A stretch of DNA of 64,000 bases from the human T2T-CHM13v2.0 reference genome, Homo sapiens. Of this stretch, positions 41,282 to 54,810 are shown piece after piece; within the stretch, counting starts at the first letter, position 1; every line of letters starts with the position of its first letter. The stretch lies in assembly GCF_009914755.1 (NCBI RefSeq), contig NC_060930.1. One strand, 5' to 3'. The translations under genes were made by a program, and so were the position numbers. Under the pieces are notes generated by a model. That model was not told where the DNA came from and did no database searches. It saw only the letters and a list, made by a program, of their open reading frames with translations.

Positions 41282-42064
41282 ATGTTCTTAGACCCTTGAG
41301 AATAAGAGTTCTGAGTCAATAAAATTGCTTTTACAAAGAGGCAGGGTCTGAATAAAGAATAGAAAATAATTGTCAGAAATGCTGGGTTTTGATAATGATA
41401 TAAAATTCAGATTAATAATGATGCTTCAGTTTTTAGGCATACGTTTTTAAACCTTATGAATAATTTAATTAATCATTGCATATGTTAGAAAAGAGAAATC
41501 ATGGCTTTACTGCACCTCTCTTACATCTTATATTCAAAAGACATGTTATCTCTCATGCTGGAATATAGCTACAAAAATATGGGCCCTAATAGATAGCAAA
41601 GACTCATGGACTTAATATTATTTCTTCCCTCTTTCTGCTGTGAGTGATAATGCTAGCGCACAATTGTCTTTATCAGCTACTTGTCATTTTTTTTCTGCCA
41701 TTGAAACATCTTTATAATTTAAATCATAAGAAAGAACTGTACTTCTGCCTGACTTACTTTTTCTGGCCATGCTGAACAAACTTTAGATTTTACTTGACTG
41801 GCAAATCATTCACTTCTATACTTGTAAAAAGAGTTTAACGTACAGTTTTTCTTATTTGTTCACTGAGAAAAATTGTGTCATTGGAACAATCTTTCACCAG
41901 TATGTTTGTAGTAGTATCTAATTTTATATTAAATAAAATGTATATTTTAAATATCTATAATCCCACAAAATAAAATCCTAAAGAGGAAATAGATGATTAT
42001 CTAAATTTATAAAGATGCAAAATATTCAGATGAAGACATGTCTCATTACACAATTTATCAGAGG

Positions 42065-42243
42065 GACTAGGTCTTAATCCTAGTTGCATATGAGAAACAC
42101 CCTGGAGATTTTACAACTGCTTATGTCTGGATCTTTCTGCAAACCTATTAAATCAATCATTCTGAGGAATTGTCTGGAGCATCTATATCTTTTCAAGGCT
42201 TACTCCTAATTGTCATGGCAATCATTGTTGAAAACCAATTATC
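42065..42243. mobile_element. MER5-like hAT element
   Basis: TGCATATGAGAAACACCCTGGAG..TTGAAAACCA degenerate match. Confidence 0.55.
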
Positions 42244-42516
42244 TAAGTCTCACAGTGTGTTCCAGGGACCCCTAGGGATTCCTTATATGCTTTCCTTGGT
42301 ACACAGATAAAACCTATTTTTATTCTAATATTGATATTTTATTTTCTCCTTTTACTGTTGCTTTTGACAAGTATAAGAGTTTCCCAGAGTCTAAATCATG
42401 CCACATATCACAGAAAATTGAAAAAGCAGGTAAAATAATAAAGTTATTTTCTACTAATACAGACATTAAAGAGATTTGGAAAACTATAAAACACCACTCC
42501 TCCATTTCAAAACTAA

Positions 42517-43145
<629 letters not shown>

Positions 43146-45655
43146 AAAAAACTGTATTTTTTATAAAAATATAACAGTATTTAAGCATATAATGTACTTA
43201 TTGCTTTTATTTTTAAATAAATCAATATATAAATATGCTAAATTGTATTTATTTGTATTTAGTATATATCTATGTTGTATTTTAATTTTATAGAAAGTTA
43301 AGTATTTCTTCAATTTCTAGTCAGATAAAAATATAACTACATTAAAAAGTAATTTTTCTGGTCCTCTAACATTTTTAAGAGTAGAAAGGAATTCTGATAA
43401 TAAAATGCTAAAAAGCACTGATCTAATTTTATATGTGTCAGCCTAATAGGGTAGCAGAAACAATACAATATCCTCTAATCCCATATTTCGTCTTGTCCTT
43501 CATGATTTCTGGAAAGTCACTTACTTTACACAGAGATCTGTTGTCTCCTTTTTGCTCTGATTGCTGATTAAATTCCATGAGAATAAGTTTTTTCTTTTAC
43601 CTCACTTTTGTCTACAAATTATAATTTCTCTTATAGTTTTATATATAGTTCTCTCCTATATAAAGGAGACCAACATTCTAAAAATTGACCTACTCTAGCA
43701 TATGCAGCATTTTAGTCTGTTGTTGTAGCTCTTTTTAGCATTAGTTGAATAGGACATGGATAAATATAATTAAACCTGATTCATGTGTGAAACTTTCATG
43801 AATATAAGATGCTCCTAAAATTGACTTTAATAAGTAGAAATCTTTGTACAGTTTGAAGGCATACATATGAAACCCAAATATAAATAACAATGAAAACAGG
43901 ATCTTAATATTTTATTTACAAGTCTATAATTTGAGATCAATAGACAATGCCACAGCAGTTTGGATGATACTAATTATCTGAAATTTATAGAGCCAGTATG
44001 TTTTTTTCTTGTACTCTTCAATGTTAATTGGAAGAATTTCACAGAACACAGAAAATATTTTTATAAAAGCAAACTCAATGTGAAATTAGTTTGTCTATTT
44101 GAATTATACATTTTTTATAATTCTAACATGTCAGTGCTGAGTTGATAGTTAATATAGAAATAAATGTCCAATATGAAGTATAGTTTTTTGGCGTGAATTT
44201 TTTTAAATTTATTTATTCCATTAAGATTTTTTTAGGCCATTCATTTAATTTGTTTCTTTTTAGAAATAACAGTGTTTTAAGTATAAAAGATACTGGGACA
44301 AATTATTTGCTATCATTTGTAATTTGATTAAAGATGTTTTCTACTCATTTTGAGAATTTTATATCTTCTTGGCGCCTTAAGACGCTTTTTAATTTTTAAA
44401 TGTAATTGCTCTATGCTGTTTTATAATGTTGTATAGTGGAAATTAAATTCAAAGATAACTGGATTGAATTGTAAAATTATAATGCAATGAAAGCACAGCC
44501 GGGAGGAAACCAAATTTTGAGTCACCAATTTAATGGAAAACTGAATTGGGTATCATTGTTAATAAGCATAGTCCTACTAAAATAACTAGTGCAGAAATTC
44601 TATTCATATTATGGAGTCTTAGAACAATACAAATAATGTATAATGAGACTGTTGTCTAGAATTTGTATGAAGGTAATTCAATACATTTATACTGAACAAT
44701 CGATGTTGTCTATGCATAACACCAAGCACCAGGAATTTGGAAATAAATAAAATGTTATATTTATCTTCAGTTTACTGTTTTTCTTTGTAATGATTTGTTA
44801 TCTAACCCCAGAAATATATTCACAACTTCTCCTAGCTTTCTGTGGAATTTTAAAAGATGGAATAGAATAATAATCTCAATTCCTCATTATATATAGTTCA
44901 AATATTTTAACTTACAAAAGGAGAAAACATGTAGCCACCTTCTCTCTTGATTCTTTCCCTCACTGGAAAAAAATAATCATTATTGACTGAAGGTTGCCAA
45001 GAAATAGTATATCCAATCCTTTCTGCTTCTTTTAATAACTTTTTTTAAATACGAGATTTAAAAAGTCAAGGAATTAATCACTCAACTAAATTAAATAATG
45101 TGTGCAATTTTAATTAAATAAATTGTGGAATAGTGGGTGAAGAGAAAATTTCTAAAGGCCATTCAAGATTTAGAGAGGAAAAATAGTATCTAGTAAAGAG
45201 GGTAAACAGTGAAAATTGACATTATGGGCCACTTTATGATTTGATTTCAAAATTGCTCTTCAATTATTTTTTAGGCACTGTTTTCCATAATTTACTAATG
45301 TGTAATGGGGAAATAGACTATTTTTAAACGTCTCCCGACTTCTAAAATTTGGGTAGGAAGTTTTTTTAAGGAAAACCTTGAAATTTAAAATATAATTTTA
45401 AAAATCGGGTATTGCTTTAAGATGAGTGGGATTCTTGGAGTCTGTCAGTTTGAGGGGCAAAAGTTGTACGTGAGAGAAGGTATCACTTGTACTTTTTAGG
45501 CTAAGGCAGCATCAGAAAAATATAATTCCTTTTTTTTTAATTACAAAGACAATCCTGGGTCACTAGAATATCCAATGCATAATCCTCAATAGTGAAGCCA
45601 TCTTCCACTTCAGCTGGTCTTGGGGATCTGGTTTACAATTTTACTCTCTAATCCA

Positions 45656-45975
45656 TTATTTTGGTTCATTTAAGGCTGCTGTGACAAAATGCCATAGACT
45701 GGGTGGCTTATAAACACAAAACGTATATATTTCTTACCTCCCTGGAGGCTGGGAAATCCAAGATCAAGGCACTGGCAGTCTCTGCCTGGTGAGGGCTTAC
45801 TTTCTGGTTCATAGATGACTATCTTCTTGCTGTGTCCTCATGCCAGAAGAAACAGGGAACTCTTTGGGGCCTCTTTTAAAAAGACACTAATCCCATTTAT
45901 GATGGCTCAGTCCTTTATCTAAACACCTCCTAAGAGTTCCATCTCTTAATACTGACACCTTGTGTGGTGAGTTTT
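45656..45975 (-). mobile_element. MLT1A/MSTD-type MaLR LTR
   Basis: GGCTGCTGTGACAAAATGCCATAGACTGGGTGGCTTATAAAC..CTGGAGGCTGGGAAATCCAAGATCAAGG. Confidence 0.8.
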
Positions 45976-47331
45976 TCTGGATACCATTAATTTCAAGTTA
46001 CATAAATCTAATACAAATTCAATTTAGTGCCAGTAATAATACAAATTAATTTTATAGTTATGTTTTATTATAATAATGATGATGATAGAAAGGAAAAACA
46101 TGTTAATAATATTTTTGTTGTCATTCTTGCGGGCTTTTACTGTGTACCAGAGATGATTGCTATACTTAGCTCTGATATAATATCTTTATATTTCAAAATT
46201 ATTGAGGAAAAATAATATATGTTTTGCTTTATAACTGAGAAGGAAATAGTTTGTCATGATTTAAGTTTTCTGGGTAGAAGGGGCTTCCATAATTAGTAGA
46301 TGTAACAAAGAGAAGGAGAAATTTTCTAAAAGATAGGTCGGTGATATTATCACACACAAAAAAGAACAGATACAGGAAAGACAGAAATCACAGAGGTCCA
46401 CTTTATAACACACCAAGATTACTTATTATCCCTTGTTTTCTATTACTCCTATATTTATGTTGAAATATCATATGTTTCCATATTCTACTTACTTAAATTA
46501 CAGTAAAATCTCCTTCCCTCTCTTGACCTTTCTCTTTATCTCTTTCTCTCATCTCTTCTTTTCTATTCTCTTTCCTCCACCCATATTCCTCAAACTTATA
46601 ACTTGGCATTTTAATTTATATGTCAAATCTCAGTTTGAGTCATTACCTCATCTGTGAAGCCTTCACTGAATCTCTATCTGTTTTAACTGGCCTTGTTCTA
46701 CATTCCTGTCTTTTAATGGATCTATTTTTCCGGTATATCCCCTTTATTTTGTATGGAATAAACATTATGTTTTTAATTTTTTAATCTCACAAATATTTCA
46801 AAGTATCTGGGATAGTGGTAAGTATGAAATAAATAAATGCTCACCAATCACATAAAGCATAGAAAGAAGCAAATAAAAGTCAGTAAATTGAGAATCTCAA
46901 GGCTCTCCGTGGGTAGGAGGAGTTACAGGTAAAAGAAGATGTCAGGAGTTAAATGGATATCCATAACACTAATAAAATTATTATGGAGTTACTATGTTGA
47001 TCTAATCACAAGGGAAGAGGCTGGATGGACTACAATACCAAGTACAGTCAGGAACTAGATAAACTGCCTCTTGCAGAAGTAGACTTGGCTGACATATCTG
47101 TTAAGGAATGGTAAGACTAAAGAAACATGCTTTTTTCCCTAAGGGAAGCTTCCAAACTATTTTTTACAAATGTGACTGAATATTCTGTAAAACTGAAACA
47201 AAATTAAAATATTTTACTGTGGAATATTTGACAACTATGCTATAGGCATTGGGAATCTCTAAAACAACAAAACAATCATCCTAAAAGATTAATTAACATT
47301 CCACAAAATATTGTTCCATGAACGCACTTTT

Positions 47332-49210
47332 AAAAGTTTCTAGATCTAATAACTTCAGCAAAGTTTCAGGATACAAAATGAGTGTACAAAAATTAGTAGC
47401 ATTTCTTTACATCATAACCTTCAAACTGAGAGCCAAATCAAGAACACAATCCCATTCACAATAGCCACAAAAAGAATAAAACATCTAAAAGTATATCTAA
47501 CCAGTGAGGTGAAAGGCCTCTACAACAAGAATTACAAAATACATCTGAAAGAAATCAAAGATAACCCAAACAAATGGAAAAACATTCAATGCCCATAGAT
47601 AGGAAGAATCAATATTGTTAAAACGGTAATACTGCCCAAAGCAATGTACAGATATAGTGCTATTCCTATCAAATTACCAATGGCATTTTTTTTTTTACAG
47701 AGTTATATAAAACTAGCCTAAAATTTATTTGGAACCAAAAAAGATTCCAGATAGCCAAGGCAATCCTAAGCAAAAAGAACAAAGCTGGAGGCATGATATT
47801 CCTGACTTCAACTATAACATAAGGCTACAGTAACTAAAAAGCATGGTATAAAAACAGGCACATAGACCAATGGAACAGGTTAGAGAACCCAGAAAAACTG
47901 ACAATAACAAGAATCCAGACAAAACTGGCAATAATAAGCAATGCAGAAAGGACTCCCTATTAAATAAATGGTGCTGGGATAACAGGCTGGCCATATGCTG
48001 AAGATTGAAACTATACTCCTACATTTCACCATATAGAAAAATCAACTCAAGATGGATTAAAGACTTAAAAATAAAACCTGCAACTATAAAAGTTCTAGCA
48101 GAAAATCTAGGAACTACCATTTTGCACATAGGCTCTGGCAAAGACTTCATAAAGAAGGCTTCAAAAGCAATTGCGACAAAACCAAAATTCGACAAGTGAA
48201 ACTTAAGAGCTTCTACACAGCAAAAGAAACTATTAACAAAGTAAACAGAAAACCTACAGAATAGGAGAAAACATTTGCGAACTCTGCATCTGACAAAGGT
48301 CTAACATCCAGAATTGTAAGGAATTTAAGCAAATTAACGAACAAAAACGAAATAGCCCCATTACAACATCAGCAAAGGACATGAAAAGACACTTCTCAAA
48401 ACACATACATGTGGTCAATAAGCATATGAAAAAATGCTTAATATCACTAGTCATTAAGGAAATGCAAATTAGAAACAAATTGTAATACCATCTCACACTA
48501 GTCAGAATAGTTATTACTAGAAAGTGAAAAAATAACAGATGCCAGTAAGGTTGCAGAGAAAAGGAAACACTTGTATCTTGCTGGTAGGAATGTAAATTAC
48601 TTCAGCCACTGTGAAAAGCAGTCTGGAGATTTTTTAAAGAACATAATTTAGAACTACTATTCAACTGAGCAGTCTCATTACTGAGTATATACCCAAAGGA
48701 AAATAATCATGCTACCATAAAGATGCATGCTCGTATATGTTCATTGCAGTACCATTCACAATAGCAAAGACATGCAATCAATCTAGATCTAGATGCCCAT
48801 CAGTGGTAGACCACATAAAGAAAATCTTGTATATATACAAAACAGAATACTACACAGTCATAAAAGAGAACAAAATCATGTCCTTTACAGCAACATGGAT
48901 GGAGCTGAAGGCCATTATCCTAATTAAATTAACACAGGAACAAAAAACCAAATACCACATATTCTCACTTACAAGTGGGAGCTAAAGATTGATTAGACAT
49001 GGATGCAGAGAAGGGAACAGTAGACACTAGGACCTACTTGAGGGTGCAGGTTAGGAAGAGAATGGATACTGAAAAACTACCTATCAGGTACTATGCTTAT
49101 TACCTGGGTGGCAAAATCATCTGTACACCAAACCTCCACAACACAGAATTTATCCATGTAACAAATCTGCAAATGTATCCTTTGAAGCTAAAATAAAAGT
49201 TTGAAAATAA
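47332..49210 (+). mobile_element. 5'-truncated L1PA15/16-like LINE-1
   Basis: ORF2 peptide [10 protein letters not shown]; 3'UTR AAACTACCTATCAGGTACTATGCTTATTACCTGGGTG..AAAATAAAAGTT. Confidence 0.88.
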
Positions 49211-49542
49211 GAGGAAGCTTTCTACTGTTGTAGAATAACTAATTAATTATTAAAAATATAAGTAAAATTTAAACAAATTTAAAATGTTAATATGTTTGAA
49301 TGATAGTGGACTTTAAGGTAAATGAATCCGCAATCAAATTGGCGTAACCTTTTAAAGCTATTTTATCTCTCTAAGCAGGTTAGATTACTTATCCAAAAAA
49401 TGGCCACAAAATATGTATGTTTCTGAACTGCAGTAATATTTAACGAGAGAGTACATTTTATATTTTGAATCAATAGTGGAAGGACTAGATATTATAAAAA
49501 GTAAATTTACTGTCTGAGACAGAAAAGGAAATCAACTAATAT

Positions 49543-50057
49543 TGTTACAGAAAGGTCTCCCAATCTAGATCCCTAGAGAGGGTTCTTTGATCTCACGCAA
49601 GAAAGAATTCAGGGCAAGTCCGCAGTGCAAAGTAAAAACAAGTTTATTAAGAAAGTAAAGTGGTGAAAAGACAACTACTCCATAGACAGAATAGGATGTT
49701 TCTGAAAGTAAGAGGAGGAACACATCCACCCTGGGTACAGTGCTTGTATATATGGGGAGATGAGTTCTACTACAAGGGTTTGTGACAAAGGCTTAATTCT
49801 TTAAATTACTACATTTTGCAAGAATCAATATTATTATCGTTAAAGCAAAATTAGGAATGCCTTTCTTTTCTAAATATCGGGATAACTGCACCCTCCCAAG
49901 TCTGGGTTTAGTAAACGTTATTAATTTGTTTCCTTAACCATAAACATCTAGAGGCTAGGAATGCCTAACTTTCTGAAAATGCAGCCTGGCAAGTCTCAGC
50001 CTCATTTTCCTAGCCCTCACTCAAAATGGAGTCGCTCTGGTTAGAAGGCCTCTGGCA
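49543..50057 (-). mobile_element. MER41-family (C/D-like) solo LTR
   Basis: Minus strand TGCCAGAGGCCTTCTAACCAGAGCGACTCCATTTTGAGTGAGGGCTAGG..TGTAACA; 4 bp TSD ATAT/ACAT. Confidence 0.85.
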
Positions 50058-50969
50058 ACATAGCTGTGGACAAGAGATAGGGTAGTCTCTCCAGTGAAGG
50101 CTGAGCAATGTCTAGACAACTATTCTGTAATCCTTACCATAATATCTCATTAGCCTCCAATGTTACCAAATTTTCCAAACAATGGGACATGTAAGTATGT
50201 CTTTCAGATATCTCACTTAAATCTTTCAGGCTCCCTTGGTATAGGCCACAACATTTCCTTCCTCATAAATTAATATCTATGCCTTCCTAATTCCCTTAGA
50301 AATATGCTTGTTTCTTCATTTCCTTTCTCTTCACATACATAAACTACAAAATGTATAGCCCAAAGTATTAGCAAGCACAAGAATAAGAATAAACCAAAAC
50401 AGAAATTTATCTTCCTTGGAGTCAAAGAAGGAATTGCTCTTTAAACACTTCCCAAACAATGAGAAATAATATGGGCACTTAATCATGAAAATAAGTCCCC
50501 ATATTAAACAATATACAATTTATTACTTTTTCACACATGGAAATGAAGTGGTTATTGAGGTAGGACTAGTTATGTGAGTGGAGCTATTACTGTGTATAGA
50601 TAGAAAGAATCAACAAACAAACAAATAAACTTGATACTAACTTCTGACTGCTAAACCATAGTTCTCATCTCTCTTTACTCCTTGAAGTTAACAATTCTGC
50701 AGAGCTTTAAAAATGCCAGCAATCAAGACAATACAAGTAAATTAAATCAGAGTTTCTAGAGATGGGATGTCAGAATTGGTATTAAAAATATATATATATC
50801 CTCAGGTATTTTCAACTTGCAGTACTATAAACCAGGGTATGCTCTAACTACATTCCAAGCAGTTATTTGACTGCCAAGAATTTTGTTTAGAAGAGGGGTG
50901 GTATGCAAATTAAGTGGTCTAAATAGCACAATGAACAAAAGGTGATACTACATTTTGTAAAATCTCTTT

Positions 50970-51130
50970 GGGGAAACAAGAATTGGGATCAGAAAAACGG
51001 GAGTAGTCTTGAATTTTCTACTTACAAGTTGTATGAAAGTGATAATCATTTTACGTTCTGTATCTCAGTTTTCTCTTCTATAAAACCAGGATAATAATAA
51101 AATCACCTTCCTTACAAAATGATTTCAAAT
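50970..51130 (+). mobile_element. MIR fragment
   Basis: Core TCTGTATCTCAGTTTTCTCTTCTATAAAA..GATAATAATA. Confidence 0.55.
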
Positions 51131-53386
51131 AAACTTAGCACATATGCATTATAAAAATGTTATTTGAAAGCAATAGTCATTTATTAGTTATTTTAATGAT
51201 ACTCACACACTTATAGTTTGAGTGTATTACTAGGAGATTAGGCCTTTTTCAATTTCTTGTAATCCCTGATCGGTAGTCTGATCCCTTAGTTAATGACAGA
51301 AATGGGATGACATATTTTCTAAACAGAGTTATGAACAAAATAGTATTTTATAATTAATATACACTCTTTCTAAAGTGCAAATAAAAACATCTAGAGCATA
51401 AATTCAAATAATAATAAATCTATTTACTCAAAACAAAATAATTATGTATTTTAGGCATGCCTCCCAAATATCCAAATTCCTCAAAATTCTCAAATTCAGA
51501 GTAGTAGTATTGACAGGTTTTTGTTGTTGTTGTTGTTGTTCTGTTTAATTATTCCTCTTGTCTTCTGGGGTGGGGTTCAATTTGTAGGCAGAGATGAAAT
51601 AGTTCTCATTGTAAAAGTCAATATGTACATAGGAAAAGGAAGCCAGAAATTTTTTTCCATTTATCTTTTCCTAACACATTAGATAATTACTTACATCTCT
51701 TCTATTAAAGCCATCAGACGAGTTTACGGATTGAGAGCCAAATGTAAATCAATAACAGAAATACTTTCACTTGTTTTAATAGACAAAGTTATTTAAAACA
51801 CACAAACCATGTCTAGAGCTATTAAACATTGCAGATTCCCTTCATTTATTCTTCACTTGGCTGTCTCAGAAGAGTTAATTAGTATTATTTAAATTCCTGT
51901 TATTATTACTTCCTCTGCTAGCTAAGACCTTGAGAAAGTACTGTAACCCGACCAGGCCATACTTTCTCCACAGTGAAATTAAAACAATCATATGTGCCTT
52001 TTGTTGTCTCTAACTAGAAAACAAAATACTCTTTTTGAAAGAGCATGGCAAACTCTAAAGTGATACATTAATGTGACACTAATGTTTTGTTTTCTTTGCT
52101 GCTTGTCTTTTCCTTTTGTAAAACAAAATAAATGTTGTTATAGACAGCTTTTCAGAAGGTATTAGCAGGGCAACTGACAAGTACACAGCGCCTTTGGCTG
52201 CAATGTAATGCCATACAACATGCATAATTTCACCTTGAAAATTGTTCTTGTTCTTAAGAAAATAGAAAATTTGAAGATTTGTTCTTACGGAAATAATGAT
52301 TCATTACTCTGACATTTATACACATCTGCTATAGATTATAGGTGATAGGTTTTCTTCAGTCAGCTACATGAATGTATATATTTGTTAATTGTGAAACAAA
52401 TTAATCCTTAACATTCACTACAGAGTTATTGGCTTTTAATATACAGGTATGAAGGAAAACAGGCTTTGGCTTGTGGTTAGGACGTAGAACGTTTTAACAG
52501 ATCATCATTTCTACTAACAATTAGAACAAAGTGAGTAAATGTCAGCATCATAGTTATTATTTCCAAATTATGTTTAAAATCAAATAGCTGGCAATGCAAG
52601 GAAACATAAATAAATGAAATTTAAGAAAGTGACAACCTCTTTCTAAGAGAGAAGAACCCAGTGGACCTCTCCATTTTTGACAGAGAGGTGAATAGAAAAG
52701 AAAAGTACCATAGAGAGGTTTAAGGAGAAAGTAGTCTAATTTTAACAAACATTCAACAGTCATGCACGGTGGCACTGGTGAATTAGAACACTAACGATCT
52801 CTACTCACAGTGTGAGTCTGAACCCAACCTGCCCACTTTTTCCTGCCGGTGTTAACAGAGCTCCTGAGGATAGTGGGCTAAAAGCCAAGGCAGGCTAGGA
52901 ATGCTGACAGACATTACTGAAAGGGACCCTTGGCTTTACCCAAGTACCCAGCTACATTCTTCCAACAGCCTGGTGCAAAAGAGCACGACGAAAATATCTG
53001 GGCTGAACTGAAGAACAAGGAGAACATTCTGGTGACCATCAAAACTGGCTGACTGGCTGGAAAGCCTAGTTCTCTCCTGATTTAGGATGCTGGCAGGTGA
53101 ACTATAAAGCATACAGAGATTTCCGTAATCCAGCTTGTACTGAGATCCCAAGCCCTATTGAAGGGAAGCTTGTAATAGTGTCTTCAAAACATTTACTATC
53201 ACTGGTAATTATTTCTAAATAGTTGCCAAAAAGCCAAGATACAGCTCAACTGTAGATGAGATTAATAGTTCTCCTCTATAATGGGAGCCTGGTAAAAAAA
53301 GAGGCATCAATGTTTAGCATTCAATAAAAAGTAACTCAACTGAACAAGAGAATATAACCTAGAAAGAAAAATGAAAAACCTTAAAT

Positions 53387-53607
53387 CAAGCTCATTCAAC
53401 CCACAGTCTGCAGGCCACATGTGGCCCAGGATGGCTTTGAATGCAGCTCAACATAAATTTGTAAACTTTCTTAAAACATTATGGAATTTTTTTTGCAATT
53501 CTTTTTTTTTTATAGCTCACCAGCTATAGTTAGTGTATTTTACATGTGGCCCGAGACAATACTTCTTCCAATGTGGCTCAGGGAAGCCAAAAGATTGGAC
53601 ACCCCTG
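53387..53607 (-). mobile_element. MER30 hAT element
   Basis: Ends GGGAAGCCAAAAGATTGGACACCCCTG; 8 bp TSD CCTTAAAT (53379-53386) / CCTTAAAC (53608-53615). Confidence 0.9.
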
Positions 53608-53619
53608 CCTTAAACTATA

Positions 53620-54810
53620 AAAAATACATGAAGGGATCTAGTGGAAAAGATGAACAATATTTGTGAAAGCCAAAATACTCTCAGCAAAGAAATGAAAATA
53701 CTAAAAAGGAACTAAATAGAAATGTCTGAAATAAAAAAATATAATGTCAGAAATGAAGAATGGGTTTAATTTATTTAAAAATAGACTAGATAAAGTAGGG
53801 GAAAGAATCAATGACTTTGAAATGTTTAATAGAATACAGATTCTACCTAGAAGGTAGCAAAATTTTTAGGTGACAAAAGCATGAGTTACTAAGAAAAAGC
53901 ATACATTAAATTTCAGCAAAATTATATATGGTCGTTTTCTAAAAAAACACCATAAAGAATATTAATAGGCAAGCGAGAACAAATATTTGCAGGCATATTA
54001 ACAGGCATAGAAGAGAACAAATATTTGCAATACATATATCTATTTACAAATTGTGCCCTAAATATGAAAGTCAGATAATTTAATTAAAATATGCAAATTA
54101 TAAGAATGACCAATAAAAAGGTTCTCATTACTAGTTTTCAGGGAAGTAAAAACTACAATGTGGTTCTATTTTATATCAATTAAAATGTCTAAAAAGAAAA
54201 AAAAAGACTGACAATACAAATGGTGGAAAGAATATGAAAAAAAGGAATTCTCATATATTTTTGATAGTAGTGTACAGTGCTTCAATCGCTTTGGGGAACT
54301 CTCTGGTATTTAGACATACATTCATCCTTTATTCCTGAAATTTCAATGTCAGGAATTTACCCAAGAGAAATAAACTGAAAGTATGTTTATATAATCTTTG
54401 TACAACAATGTCCCAAAGTGCTTCATTTATAACATCTTAGAGCTTAACTCAAGTGTCCATTATCAGAAAAAAGGATAAGCACATTATGATATAATTATAC
54501 AACAGAATACCACTGAACAAGAAAAGATAGTGAATTACTGGTGCATGCAAAAATATGGATGAATTTCCGAAATATTTTTGAGTGCAAGAAGTCAAATACA
54601 AAAGAACATACGCATCTGATTCAGTTTATATATGGTCTAACTATAGGCAAAAATAATCTAGATTAGAAAAATCAGAATGTAATTGTCTTTTCAGAGGATT
54701 GACTGAAAAGAGGTACAAAAGAATTATTTAGAGTTATGGAAATAGTCTATATCTTCTTTTGGGGGGGTTAGTGCACGAATGAACACAATTGTCAAATCTC
54801 TTTATGCTCA
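53620..54810 (+). mobile_element. Old L1ME fragments (ORF1 piece and 3' end)
   Basis: GAAATGAAGAATG..; AAGACTGACAATAC..; ATATGGATGAATTTC..GAAGTCAAATACAAAAGA. Confidence 0.65.

Noticed and set aside
49965-49990. Interferon-inducible STAT1 (GAS) site in MER41
   Set aside because: Site reads TTTTCAGAA on minus rather than TTCnnnGAA; the element also looks C/D-like rather than MER41B
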